Source: Sphagnum compactum (Eukaryota). Taken from it: a DNA stretch of 64,000 bases. Below, piece by piece: positions 1 through 13,620 of the stretch (position 1 is its first letter; the number at the start of each line of letters is the position of its first letter). The stretch lies in assembly GCA_965153455.1 (NCBI GenBank), contig OZ234494.1, positions 12,896,001 to 12,960,000 on the forward strand. The letters run 5' to 3'. Position numbers and translations under genes: made by a program. Under the pieces are notes generated by a model. That model made no database searches and had not been told where the DNA came from. It saw only the letters and a program-made list of their open reading frames with translations.

Positions 1-111
1 TAAAGATGACAACCAGAACATTGGCATGTTGAGCATGGGGCCTTATAATTCTGTACCTCTTCTTCAACTTGCTTGTTGACATGTTATGGACTTGCTTGCT
101 TGGTGAAACAG

Positions 112-2363
112 GGACTTATAAGCTCAGAGCAGATGGTGAGATTTTTGTGACTGTTGGTCTCAAGGGCTGTATCATGAATAGTGTGTCAAGGGCTTTCATT
201 GGTTGGTAAGTATTTTGTTCACCTTCAAAGGGCCAGTGGGCCTTTGTGACTCTGTAGGCAAGCTGCATATGTAAGCCTCACTATGCCATTGGCCTAGATG
301 TTTGCTTGTACAAGGGACAAGCTTAAATTAATCTGAAGCTCACCTTCACAAGCTTGTTGCCGCTTGAGTGAGGTTAGTATTGACTTTTTAAATTTAGTTA
401 TGTCTCTTCAGTGCTAGCCAACATCATGGCTGAGTCTTCCTGTTGCTTCCAAGAAATGCAACAGTAACTCAGGGCAAGGAATTTGTATCATTTTTTGCCT
501 GAAATTTTGGGCAGATTGTCATCTTCTTATCTACACCCACTGCCAGGAGTGGATGAAGTCACTGTGGAGTCATGGCAGCTAGTGACTGCTTTTCATTGTG
601 AAGGTGATGGTCTGATACTTTATGAGTGATGCTCATAATGTTATGACTGCACTCATTGTTATCACGCTAATTTGGTTTTTGCTGAAACTGGTTAAAGTGT
701 TATTCTGTAGAGTTTTTGCTCTGCAATCTCATAGATTATTTGTTATTGTACTAGTTTTGATTATTTGACAAGTTTATGTTGTCCAGGCTTCTTGCAGATC
801 CAGCATTTCTCTTTAAGCTGACACTGGAGCAAGATTACAATTCGATATGGTATATGGTGGGAGTGTCAGCACCGTGGGGAAAGGTAAGCAGAAGATCTCT
901 TATCTGTACAGGAAAGATCTTTGATGGAAGTTATCATATCAGGAAAGGACTCATTTATTTCTTGGATTTGGCAGGATAAGAAAGAGTGGGATCTGGCAAC
1001 AGAAAATGTACTCACGGTAGCGGTCTGCAATATGGCCATTTGCTGGTCTCTGGCCCCTAGCTGATCTTATGGATCAACTGTCGAGTACAAGTTCCAAAAT
1101 ACCATTCAAAAGATTCCCATCAATGTATTTGACAAGAGCCACCCTCTCCGGGAATTCTATGTTCAAAAGAGGATCTACAGCTTCTTCTACAAAGCTGCAG
1201 AGCTCAGCCTTGTTGGCATGGTCAGTGGGATAGCAGGTGCAGGCCTTGCCAGACTCATGCCATCCTCCAGAAATTAGCAGCAATAAGCATACTCTTATAT
1301 TTCATAGGATGTCTGACCCTAAATGGTTTTCCAATTATAAGTCCCAAGAAATGAAGCTGTAAGGTCATTGTGCTTGGGCACAGTGCTGAGCATGTTACAC
1401 TACTATAGCTCTTGTAATGATTGTGAAACTGAGTTTTCTGTGTCTGATGTATTTAGCCCAGTGATGGTTTGAACTTTGAACCTTTCTGGGTGGTTTCTTT
1501 CATACTAGCTATCATACTAATTCATAACTTGTTCTGTGGTTTTGTTGGATTAAGCAGAATATCATTGCTATTACGTTCTGTGAGCACAAGTGCATTAAGT
1601 CATGGGGCCTTTCTTGGAGTATCTGGAAACCTGCAGTATCAACTGCTTAATGGAGCAGAGAGGGTCATGCAACAACACTTCAATCATCTGGGTGTTGTTT
1701 TATTTTGCTCCACAGTGCTCAGGTTCATAATCACCTCAGTCAATGATATCACGTATCACCTCTTTGTATTTTGAGTTGTACTGTCCATCTTGGAGGCTTT
1801 TCAATATTGGCTGGTGTGCATATCTAACCATCTAACATCATAACCTATTATCAAAAACTCAGTGAGAAAGTGTACATGTGGGTGTGCATTTCATTTGTTG
1901 GTGAATAGAATGGGGTTTGTTCGGTGGATAAGGGTAATGACTTGTGTTTATGCATTCTTGTCTGAGTTGATTTGCAACAATTGTCAATTTTGACAGCATC
2001 ATCTTTTTACAATAGTCACTAAAGAGGCAGAAAGTAATCATGCATGGAGGAAGAATGAGTGGCCCAATAAGGGTTTTGAAGGTGTTAGTTCTGGCAGGGT
2101 ACTAAACATTCAAATTGGGGATGAAACCCGCTTCACTTGGCTTGGCCTTGGAGAGCTTGCAAGAGTTACACCTGCTGGATTACAAAAAGCTTATCATCAA
2201 CCCTCTTTATTATCTGATACAGTTCCGCAGTGGTTTACCCCAACAAGGGGACTGGTTTCAGGTTTCTTCAAGGGGGAGAAGGATCGAAGCAAAGAGGGCA
2301 AGCGGCATCGGAACATGTTGGGCAAGAGAAAAGTGTAGTGAAAGGTTCACAGCAGGGCACTGA
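112..2363 (+). pseudogene. DUF3411 / RETICULATA-related chloroplast protein pseudogene (At5g24690-like); 5' part probably lies left of the window
   Basis: Exon remnants ~112-205, 787-883, 975-~1280, 1558-1722, 2098-~2363, mostly with GT-AG borders. They translate to GLISSEQMVRFL, SRAFIG, RLLADPAFLFKLTLEQ, IWWEC, KEWDLATENVLTVAVCNMAICWSLAPS*SYG, FQNTIQKIPINVFDKSHPLREF, KRIYSFFYKAAEL, GAFLGVSGNLQYQLLNG and VLNIQIGDETRFTWLG. There are in-frame stops (TGA 148-150, TGA 1062-1064) and frameshifts in exons 1-3. Confidence 0.85.
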
Positions 2364-3217
2364 TTACCACTTTTTGACTCCTAGGTGACAGTTACATTAA
2401 AAAGATAGTACAGATTTGGCCTTTGGAGATCATTTTATGAGAGCTGCTGCTACCACATATCCCCTGGTCGGGAAGTTAGTAATGGGCACATCTAGATTGT
2501 TAAATTGTTCAGTACTCGCAAAGGCGGATCTGGTTACTTTCGATGACCAATGAAAAAAATGTGGCAGTCAGCAGGTTCTCCCCACAGATGAGAGATTTTG
2601 TTTCAGAGAAGAATTCATAGATTTAACTTTGTGAACTTCTTCAGTTGGGGACTTGCCTATGATGTGTATGCAGGGCTCCTTCTAAAATGCTCGCAGTTAG
2701 AAGGCCAGTGATCACCTGGGTGTAGGCTTGTTGTAGGCCCCTCAAGACCAAGTAGTTGAATTTGCTCAACTCCATACCTGCATATAGATACCAAGGCCAT
2801 CCACAGGTTTGCCAATATTTGGTTGACTGATTTGGAGGTTCATGGCTTGTGGGACAAAACTCCTAGTACCAGTGTAAGAGTACAAGTTTATAGGTTACAT
2901 GGCACTGCTGTGAATTGAGATCAAGTTTCAATTTGTAAGAACACTTAATTCTTTGAGTTATGGAGATCAAGAGGTTTGGAAGGCCATATTTTTCTCCTCC
3001 TCCTCCTCCTCCTTGTCTTACTAATCAAGTGTTTTCTCTCTTCATTTTTAACTGGAGACTCATTGCCTAAGTTGTTTGTCCATTATGCAGTGGTGTTGTT
3101 TTGCTTAATGGATTTTGAAGTTTAATGGGTCTGCCTGATGCCTTACCCGCAACATAATGAGCAGGAGTTTGACCATTCCAAAGTACATACATAATTGCAA
3201 AGGATTCCCAGTCAAGG

Positions 3218-3356
3218 AATCCATCCATCCATCCATCTATCTATCCATTCATTCATTCATCTATCCATCCATCCATCCATTCATCTATCCATTCATTCAA
3301 TCATTCATTTATCCACTTATTCATCCATCTTTCCATCCATCCATCCATCCATTCAT
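3218..3356. repeat. (ATCC/ATTC/ATCT)n degenerate tetranucleotide microsatellite
   Basis: Direct inspection; explains the spurious ORFs 3157-3438 and 3195-3413. Confidence 0.9.
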
Positions 3357-3417
3357 ACTCCTTTTGACAAAAAGAAGAAGCATTCATTTGAAAGTGCTCT
3401 TGTTCACTCCTAGACAC

Positions 3418-3645
3418 ACTCATAGCTGCTTTGCATAATAATAATAATACTCATGGATGGATGGGACCTCTATTATACTTTTTATTTTTCCTTTGATTGT
3501 CTTTGTGAATTTGGGGGACCTTGTCAACACAACTCATAGCTGCTTTTGAATAATAATAATAATAATACTCAATGGATGGGTCCTCTATAACTTTTATTTT
3601 TTTCCTTTGATTGTCTTTGTGAATTTGACGGACCTTGTCAAGACA
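3418..3645. repeat. Tandem duplication of a ~115-bp unit
   Basis: catagctgcttt..(aat)n..actc..atggatggg..ttcctttgattgtctttgtgaatttg..ggaccttgtcaa occurs twice, starting at ~3420 and ~3535. Confidence 0.85.
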
Positions 3646-6600
3646 TATTGGGGTGGGGGGTGGTGAAGGATAACACCCTTTTTGACAATTGTGGTATGCT
3701 TTCGGTGTCTACGTCTCAACTTTCCACACCCACCTTCCTATTCCCACTTTCGATCTATTACATGACGGTGGTGGTGGCATCATCGGTTGTTGTAGTAGTT
3801 TTGAATCTCTTTTGTTTCTAACCCTAATTTTGTTAATTGAAATTTGGCACTCAGGGCACACCCTAACCGGTTATAATATGCCCTAGCAGCACGACATATT
3901 ACATCCCGAGCTTTGGAGTTTTTATAATGCCCTGCTACGAGGGCATTATCTGGCATAATGATCATGTAGTGGTGTTTTTACAAAATGGAAAATGTCCCCC
4001 CCCCCCCCCTTTCATGAGGTCATTAGGAAATAAGAATAATGACACATACTTTCTCTTTTCTTTCTCCATTTTCACTTCTTCTTTTTTAATAAATAAATAA
4101 ATAAATAAAGGAAAAGACCACACCTAAAATTGCAGAATGCACAATGGGGAGCCCTTTTTTCCATTTGTCATATAATGCTTTCTTCTATATAATAATGTTT
4201 GGCATTATTATATAATAACTTCTTCTTCTTCCTTGTTTTATATATATATATATATATATAATGCTTTGTGTTGGCATGGCCTACCAAGGCAAGGCAAGGC
4301 AAGGACATTGTGTTTGGATTCATTATAGAGTATTATAGTAGCTTAAGGGATTTTGGCCCCTAGGTAATAATAATAGGTCTATTTTGATATGAGGATTTTT
4401 GGAAGATGATATTTTGACTTGTGTTGAGACTTGAGATTAGTTACCGAGAGTTATAATATCTTGAAGGATTTTGGTTTCTTCTCGAGAATTTATATTTTTG
4501 AAGATTATATTTCTGCATGGTGAAATATAATTGAGTTTTCCATACTTCTTCTTTTTGCCTTAAGATACTTTTTTCATGTAAATGGCAAAGGCCACAGTGT
4601 GACACACCCCCCTTGTTCCCTTATTTGTCTGGATAGGCATTTTGAGAGAGGTTTATATGAAAGCAAAGTTGTTGCACTTTTTTTTTCTTTTTTCTTTTTT
4701 CCCCCAGGAGACTAAAAGCGTAGAGGATCTGACCAAAATGGCCAGTCAAAACGGGGTTGCCGCATTGCCAGCATTGTTTTCATGGAAAATTTCGACAAAT
4801 GGCGATTTTTTTCTTCTCAAAGTTGGAAAAAAAAATTAAAAATTTCTTGGTGTTTTTAAGTTGCCAAATTTCTAAAATAAAAAATCGTTGGATTCTATAC
4901 TAAGCTCCAATGGTAGCCAAAAATATAGAAGGATGATTTTATTTAACATTTATTTTTTAAATCGCTTGAAAATACTAGACTTTACAAAAGAAATTTTAAA
5001 AATCAGCAACAATTGTGGTAGTAATGCCAACTAAAGGCCATTTGTCTTCTAGTAATGCCCGTTTTGTGGGGACCATCCATGTGAACACAAACAAAATGTT
5101 GATCAACAAAGCCAAACCATCCACCAGTTCTGTAAGTAAGTTGTCTGGTTCATGAGTCTGGTGCAGGTCTCTCTCTCTTCATATGATGACTGGTAAGTGA
5201 TGAATGCACTTTCAAAAGAAACAAAACTTCAAATATTTGTGTATTAAGAGATCAAGTCTAAAGCTTCTTCCCTCACCTCCCCTTCCAAATAACTCCAAAA
5301 ATCCTAAACTATCTCAAATCACAAGAAATTGTTGCAAATTCTGTACACGATGATAGATGGGCATCTTCCATAGAAGTTCATGCATGTCGATGAGAAGCTC
5401 TAGATCTGGGAAGGCTATCTTGGAAGCTTCACTAAGGCCGCACACAATGTGGTGCACTAAGGCCTAGATAGAGATCGTTAAGTGATATTTGACACATGAC
5501 CAAAATGCACCCCATGCAAGATGGATGAGTTGCCACATATCTAAACCTAGTGGTTAGCTATGTGGTAACCATTTGCATGGGTCTAGACACCTTGCTTACC
5601 TAGAATTCATCAAGTGCCCTTCTACTTAGTTACCCACAATGTAAGAACCTTCAGGCTCAATTTTTGAAAACTAACCTCACTTCCAAAGCCCGATTTGAAG
5701 ACCTAGTTTGATTCCAAGTATACATGTCATACACCCCAAGACTAGAGAGATTGTTTAGGCAAAGTGTTTCACAACAAATTAAAACTTGGGATTCAATAGG
5801 TATGGAATTTTACAACTAATTAAAACTAATTGTTTAATTATAAAATTCAACCTACTTGTCAAGTTTTCACATAAGTTCAACTTGCCTACTTAAAAACTTG
5901 AACTTATGTTTCAATAGTTGCCTTTCACTTATTAAAGGCTAATTCCATGATTCAACCCTTATGCCATTTCCACCAAAAGGATGCCAATTCAAGTCTAGGT
6001 CATAAAAACATGCATCTAAAGCCCTAGATCTTAACATTGCAAATCATCATTTGGCATGGTCCATGCCATGAACATTCATTCTTATGAGTGGCCTGAACAT
6101 GATAAATGTTCTTTAGTTGCATTTCGTCCCATAGTTGAGTAGAGTGGTTAGAAATGCACTAACCATCCACACGTGTCTACCTTCGAAGTAGCCTTACCTA
6201 CATCCATACCTATATAAGAACCACTTGCATTCCGTACCTACTTGCATGGGTATTTCAGGGAATTGTTTTTCTTGGGACAATTTTTTTGTCAAATTGGTGA
6301 AAACTTAAAGTGTTTTTTGAAGTTTTTAGTCATCAAAATTTGAAATAATTAAATAATTTTTATAATTTTTTTGAAATAGCCAGATTCTATCCTAAGTTGC
6401 AGAAAGGAGAAGGATGCTTAGATTTTTGTTTATTTTACTATCATATTTTTTTTTGTCACCAAATCTGGCTAAATCATCTTATGGATAATCGTCACTTCTT
6501 CGATTACATCACAAAAACTGGAAGGAAAACAAAAAACAAAAAAAACCCCAAGTTAACAGTTAGCCAGGTAGTGCGAGGTAAAACTCCGAGGGTTTACTGG

Positions 6601-6949
6601 ATAGATTCTAGTTGCTCTTTTGGAATGAGATGGTATCGTCAACTGAATGAATGTGGGTCTTCTAAGTTCTGAATGGAGTTGGTATGGTCAGCAGAATGTG
6701 TGTGACAAATTAATGATCAATATTGTTCATACGCATTTATTGATGAACAAACAAAGGAACTTCATATGTGCAGGATCTCAGCACTTTCCTTTCAGCCCTT
6801 TTCTGTAATTCCCATCTCTGAGGCAGCTGGGATCTTCATATTTGGGGAATATCATCCACTACCTCAAGTTAGGTTATCTTATTATTATTATTGGTATACA
6901 AGCCTCAAAGAGTTTTGTCAAAGCAAAATTGAATTTTTGCGATGTTGTG

Positions 6950-9250
6950 TAGATTATGGGGGGGGTGATCGTGTTAACATATGTATATTGAAGTCTTCAA
7001 TTATGATATTTGGACCATTTATAGGCATTTTTAAGATAAGGTTTTTTTAAATGGAACAAAAAGAAATTGCATCTTAAGGGGGTTTATAGATTGCAATAAA
7101 ACATTACGTTTCTTGTGTGTTTTTGTTAAAATAGTCAATAATGAATTCAACACTTGAATTTGTTGTTGGTGATAAGGATTGCATTATATCCTAAAATAGT
7201 ATAGCATGATTTGATGTTTTATTTATGTTTATTATAGCATGATGAGATCTTAAATTTGTTTGATAATGCAGTGCAAATTTCTCAATTCACACACATCTTT
7301 TGCACCCTTATTTCATTTAAACAAAAGATATGGAATGCTAGTAAATTTTCATCTACAAGTCTGTATTGAAAGTGTGATTTTAAAAAATGAGTATTGAGCG
7401 ATTGTATTATTATAAATTTTGTGCAATAATATTTCAAAGAAGCGATCATGAATTTGTATCATGCAAGAGTTCTAAGTCGAAGCATTTCTTATTCAACAAT
7501 ATTGTCTACTTGGATTTTTTATTTGCTATTTGAGAAAACAAGTAAAAATGTTTTTTAAAATGAATTTGAAATAATGTTGCATATGTTTAACCATGTTTTG
7601 TTATGCCATCAAGGTCAAATGTTAAACCTTGTGCCACAATGTATAATGTGGGTTTTATCTAGTTGTAAAAATAATTAAATTCTTATGATGATATGGGAAG
7701 GACTATGGTCTATTTGTATTTTATAATTTCTTTGTTCAATTGGTGTCCATTTATTGTCAAGCATTAAAAAAAAAAATCATACATGTGAAGTTTTTTATTC
7801 TTCTGTTTATTCCGTGAATTACAAATTAGTGGAGCTTAACAAATATATTTATGAAACTTTATCCACATGAATGATTTTGTGTAATTTACAAAAATTCCAT
7901 TTACAACATTTACAAGGACATGAGACATAACATAATTGCTTACACACAATTCACAAAATTGTGTGTCAACGAAAGTTGGCATTATATTACCATCCATTTA
8001 GTTCATGAATTATTATTTTTTATTTTTATTTTTATTGTAAATCCTCCCGTTCATCACCATAATCATTAATGGTGTTACATTTTTATACAATTCTTTAAAA
8101 AATTTAATGTCATTCAATGTTAATTTTCTTGATATTTATGAAGTTTACAATATTAGTTGCATTTTTTATGTGACAAATTTGTCCGCTTATATTAAATAAA
8201 AAACACAATAAGATACAATTGCATATGGATCCAAAATGTATTATGTATTCATATTTTTTTCCCATAAAGGTCATGAGTTTATATGTTTTTAAAAAAACTC
8301 TTTTAAATGTGTTTGAATTTTTTTAAATCAAAAGTATTTTCAATTCACATTTGTAAATTTTATCAAATCTTGCCAATCAAGTTTTATGGAAACTTTTGCA
8401 TACAAATATAGAAAGGAATATGAAAAAGTTCTCATAACACTTTCATAACTATATATTAGGTCAAACATAACTTGACATATATACAAATTTATATTTTAGT
8501 TTCCTTTTTAAAAGAACAAGAATAGAAAAAAAATCCTCATATGGCATTTGTGATAAAACATTTTAAACCAAAATTTTATCAATAGAACATTTCCAACACA
8601 CTTGTGCATTCCATATTGTCCATATCTTTGTAATTAGAAAATTTGTGCACATGGAAAACACAATGCAATTAAATGTTCCTTTATTATATTCAACACAAAA
8701 CAAAATTCATGTTTTTATAAAGTTTTCATAATTCAAGTATTCTTCATATAATATATTTTCATATTCTAAATCTAAAGGTTTCTCAAGATCCTTTGACAAG
8801 ACTAGCAAATTAATGCATGTTCATTTAATATTACACTTTTAATTGCCTCAATAAACCTATCTCCATGCAACCTTGATGCAAATTTTTTTTGAAATGACAA
8901 ACATAGTTTTTAACAAAAGTAATACAAATGTTTGGCAATGTTTCTAATATCCGTTTACAACCTAATGATGTTCCTATTGTTAATTGTTAATTTTGATTAT
9001 TTGTCGATTCCAAATACTTTATTTTTTATGTTCAACAAAACCATTTGAGCCATGTTCTTGTTTTTTTCAGGATTTCTTTCAATAGTACCTTTATTAAAAT
9101 TATTTACATTTGGTCTTAATATTTATTTTCTGATTCCAATTGTTCTAAATTATTATAGTTATATTTCAATTTTTGAGTTATACAAATGTTTTTGAATGTA
9201 TTCATCCTTAACCATCTTGCCATCACACTCCAACATACAATGTTGCAAAC
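6950..9250 (-). mobile_element. Highly decayed Helitron (Rep domain) remnant; boundaries approximate
   Basis: Minus strand 8270-8165 reads PLWEKNMNT*YILDPYAIVSYCVFYLI*ADKFVT, resembling the Helitron Rep 'W.ANMD.QYILDPYA...Y..SY..K' block. Minus 8700-8600 gives frameshifted F.VEY...HVH...IW..NA, resembling the HUH motif. The region is very AT-rich with many stops. Confidence 0.55.
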
Positions 9251-9606
9251 AACACCCCCTTCACATGATGTTTGACAACTCTTATTGCCACCTTGCAACC
9301 CGTCGAACCCCAACCCCCAAAACAAAAGCCCCAACTCTAATCCACACCTAAACCCCATACCTAGATGTGAAACCCAACATTTTGACCTAAAAAACTACAA
9401 AATGTAAACACAATGCAACCAAATTGCCCAATGTGAAGGGCACAATACAAAGTGAAAGTTCCTTGGTTTAAACAACCCTAAACCCCAAACCCTAAATCAT
9501 ATTCTAAGTATGATTGTGGTGGTGGCTTCTTTCTAAATACTATATAATTATGAACAACAACAATCTAATTTCTATATTGATGCTTAATTTGGGCACTTCA
9601 ATTAAC

Positions 9607-9945
9607 TAGTGTTGGGTGGTTTTGAGGTGGAACATTCTATAGATCCCCAATGGTTGTTAGGGTCACGGTTCTGAACAAAATCAAAGACCTAGTCCTGGTA
9701 TATAACCAATCACAATTTTCAATTTTTTTGTGAAAAAATCAAGTGGCCATGAAAACCACTAAGTTATTGTTTGTTCTTTCATGAAAATCGTTGGTTCTTT
9801 AAGGTTTTTTTTGGAAAATAACCAGGATTGATGATTTTTTGATTTTAATTAAAAAAAACTTGGTCCAACAGTTCTCAAATTCCAAAAATAATTTAAAAAC
9901 AAGAACTAGTGGTTTTTTTTGAAGTCAAATAACCACACAACATTC
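9607..9945. mobile_element. Putative hAT-type MITE (same family as 56448-56900, opposite orientation)
   Basis: Ends TAGTGTTG...CAACATTC. Flanks CAATTAAC / AAATTCAC match 6/8 as a degenerate 8-bp TSD. Internal ttcatgaaa/ggttct motifs are shared with the 56448 element. Confidence 0.4.
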
Positions 9946-11301
9946 AAATTCACCATGCAAAAAAATTGGGAAAATTTTGGAATATTTTTCATAGTGTAAA
10001 ATTAACCATTTTTTTTTGTGTGTGTGTGGAAAAGGAATTTGCCAAGTTTTTTAATCAAAAAATTAAAGGGAAAAATAAAACCCTAGTAATTGGGTGTAAC
10101 AACAATTAGGAATTGTTGGGATGAAGTTCAAGCCAAAAAAATTTATCCCCTATATTGACCAACATTTTTTTTTGGGGTTAAATTTAGTGAGTTGGCTAAT
10201 TTGGTTTTCAAATTGGCTGAATATATGTGTTTTTTGGTCTTCTAGTCACCAAATTTCTACAATTTTTTAGAAATGTCATATGATTTTTCTATTGGGTTCT
10301 AGTACATAGCCAAAAATGTGAAGGGTTTTTTTTTAAATTTTAATATGCTATTCATAACCACATTTGGCTAAACTAAGTTATGAATGATTGCTAGCTCAAC
10401 TACATGACAAATATGGAAAAAAAACCCCCCTTTAATATTGATGCAAAATCTCTTCCTAATTAGGCAAAGCAAATAATCACTTCTATGTTCTAATTTCCCC
10501 CTTTTATATTATATATATATATATATATATATAAATATAAATATAAACTATGGTATGCTTCATTGTCATGTATTGTTTGGACTTAATTTTGCAACTTGTC
10601 TTGGTCCACAAGAATGTCATAGGCAACAATTTAAGTAAATGAATTCAATTTCACATTACAACAATTAAGTCTAAATAAAATTGGAAAATTGCGCGTATAT
10701 ATATCATGTTGTTCTACACATTATGAAAATTTACAATCGAGACACAAAATAAGTAAGTAATATGTAAGTGAAAGTTATACCTTTTTCTTGATTTTTGGAG
10801 TTGAAACTAAATATAAATGTAACTCCATCCATTTATATGGGGTTCTTTGCAAAAAATTGATATGTCACTTTTACAAGACCATTTTGGTCGTATGGTCATC
10901 CCTGGATCATTCCAAAGACAATTAAAAAATAACTATTTCATTTTCAAGCCCAACTATTTCATAACTACTTTCATTTCTTACTATTTTCATAATAACTATC
11001 TTCACCTTTCCTAATAACTACCTCCATTTTATAACTATCTCACTCCTTTTTCCTATTCACCAACATGGATATATTAAAAAAATTTAACATGTGTCTTTTC
11101 ATGTCCATGAAATTTATATTAATTTAAATTAAATTTGACATTGACATAAATATAGGAAAACATAAAAAAAATAAAAATAGTTGATCATCATTGGTAGTGC
11201 GCAACAATGCAAAGCTCAAATAAACAAGTAATATGTAAGTGAAAGTTGCAACCTTTTTCTTAATTTTTGGAGTTGAAACTAAATATAAATGTAACTCCAT
11301 C

Positions 11302-11625
11302 CAATGTGAGGGAAATCCTCAAACTCAAGAAAACAAGGCTAACTAAGTAAACAATGTGAGGGAAAGCCTCAAATTTAAAAAAACAAGGCTAACTAAGTAA
11401 ACAATGTGAGGGAAAAGCCTCAAACACAAAAAAACAAGGCTAACTAAGTAAACAATGTGAGGGAAAGCCTCAAACTCAAGAAAACAAGGCTAACTAAGTA
11501 AACAATGTGAGGGAAAGCCTCAAACTCAAAAAAACAAGGCTAACTAAGTAAACGGTTAAACAAAGGAACAAGGCTAACTAAGTAAACGGTTACACAAAGG
11601 AACGAGACTAATTAAGTAAACGGTT
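11302..11625. repeat. Minisatellite: 5 x ~50-bp unit followed by shorter derivative units
   Basis: Unit caatgtgagggaaagcctcaaactcaagaaaacaaggctaactaagtaaa repeats at 11302-11552, followed by aacaaggctaactaagtaaacggtta variants. Confidence 0.9.
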
Positions 11626-12258
11626 ACATGACTAATAGGACTAATGGCTTACATGACTCGCATCAAATGAATGAAGTAAGTAAGTAGTTAGTGTGGATAG
11701 TTGATATCAATGAAGTCAGTGTTTCACACATGCACAATTATTCTTGAAGTGTGCATGAAAAAACAAAACCTCGGGAAATAATCCTTCTTTTATGACACTT
11801 CTTCTTCATGACAAGGGAGCTTTGGACTTCGAAGCTCAAAAATCCCTTCAAAAGAAATGACAAAAACTTCCCTTTTCTTTTTCTTACACGAGGTACTTAC
11901 TTAAAAATCATCATCACTTGCAACTTTCTCTTGGCATGTACTCATTGATTGCCCTCTTTGTTTTTTTTCCCTTTTTGTTTTTAGAAAATAATAGTCCCCA
12001 TTCCCCGGAAAATGCAAATCAATGAGAGAAAGGCTTTCTTCCGCCTTTGACTCGATGTTTGGACTCTTTGGGAACAACCTTTTCAATGTGATAAATTGCA
12101 AAGAGAAGCTTCAAAGGAGAGAGAAGGACTAGTTGTGGGACCACAAGTGTGTGTATGTACATACATAAAAGCGTCTTTGCCTTGGGGGTTTACTAGCATT
12201 GGCCGAAGCAACAACAACCCCAAGGTAAACTGGGCATCTTCTTACTCGTTACCTTGGA

Positions 12259-12446
12259 TTAACCTTAAACTTGGGCTACCTTGGGTTAACCTTATCGTTA
12301 AATCATTAACCTTAAACTTGGGTTACCTTGGGTTAACCTTATTGTTAAATCATTAACCTTAAACTTGGGTTACCTTGGGTTAACCTTATCGTTAAATCAT
12401 TAACCTTAAACTTGGGTTACCTTGGGTTAACTTTATCGTTAAATCA
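12259..12446. repeat. Minisatellite: 4 x 47 bp
   Basis: ttaaccttaaacttgggttaccttgggttaaccttatcgttaaatca at 12259, 12306, 12353 and 12400. Confidence 0.92.
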
Positions 12447-13462
12447 TAAACCTTTACTTGGGTTTTTTCTTTCGGGTAATAAAGATATCCACAAAGTTAA
12501 GCAAGCATGTTATCAAAAGCTTGTGTTTGCTTGATATATGGGTTGTAACACCAAACTCGGCACCAAAAAAAAAAAAAGAAAACCAAAAGGCCCCAATGAA
12601 GGTTGAAACAATGAGTTATAACTGCGTATTGTGCACAAGGGTTGGTTCTTCAATACCCACCTTGAGAACCGCCTGTTATATTACTCATGTAGGGTAGGTT
12701 TTAGGGTTACTTTGAGTTGAGTTTCTTCTTCTAACTCTAAACCCTTATTTTCAAGAATGGATGACGGATGTGTTGTAGAGACCAACAACATGGTTCTCCA
12801 TAGCATTATTTCATAGACGGTCATTTCTTAACTTGACTAATAGCCTTTCATCTTCCAAAACCAACCCTTATGCTTCATAGGCAGGTATTGTCAAAAACAA
12901 TACTTCAAAAAATTGATAATTGGGGGGTTAAAGTTGAGAAATACAAATTGATATTAGATGAGTTCATTAAATTTTCAAAGCCCAATTATTTGATACCTAG
13001 TGTGAAAAAGACTTTTTTTAGCCCCCCAAAGATGCTACCCAGCCGGGTATTAAAAAAAATCAATCTGACCAACACCGATTTCTATCATGGTAAAGAGTGG
13101 ATGCACTTTGGTTCACCAAAGGCCAAATAAATTGATTTAAAAAAAATTCACTATATTACTACCAGTTGCCACCAAGGAGGCAACAAATTAGTATGTCAAT
13201 TATTTATTTATTTAATTAATTATATTTTTGTGGATCAAAGGATCAATAGCAATTGATTCTTTGCTCCACATGTGCTGGCCATATCAACTAAGGCATATCA
13301 ACAATGCACTGGAGGAAAAAGAATTGCAACAATATATTCTTGTACTTTTAAAGTGTGTTTCACACTTGGTGTTAGGGACTCTAGTGTTGAGTCCATCAAC
13401 GCCATACAAGTCATTTTTTAAGACTTAAACTCACTTATGGTGAAGATTTTATGTTATACTAA

Positions 13463-13620
13463 GAGCATCTCCACCGGTGCTCAGTATGTGACTCCAGAAA
13501 GTAAAATTTATTGTGAAAAAGTCAAAATGTGCCAGTTTAGCTCAAGAAATTGGATTTTTCTGCACCAAATTCGTACAGCTTGCCGTGGCTGGTAAAAGGC
13601 GCAATACAGTTGTGCACCTC
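13463..13620. mobile_element. One-ended Tourist/PIF-like MITE fragment (family of 62103-62468)
   Basis: TAA|GAGCATCTCCACCGGTGCTCAGTATGTGAC matches the TIR of the 62103 element. No second TIR was found. Confidence 0.5.

Noticed and set aside
9470..9497. Telomere-like AAACCCT motifs (also ~61018-61034)
   Set aside because: Only 2-3 imperfect units; not an interstitial telomere array.
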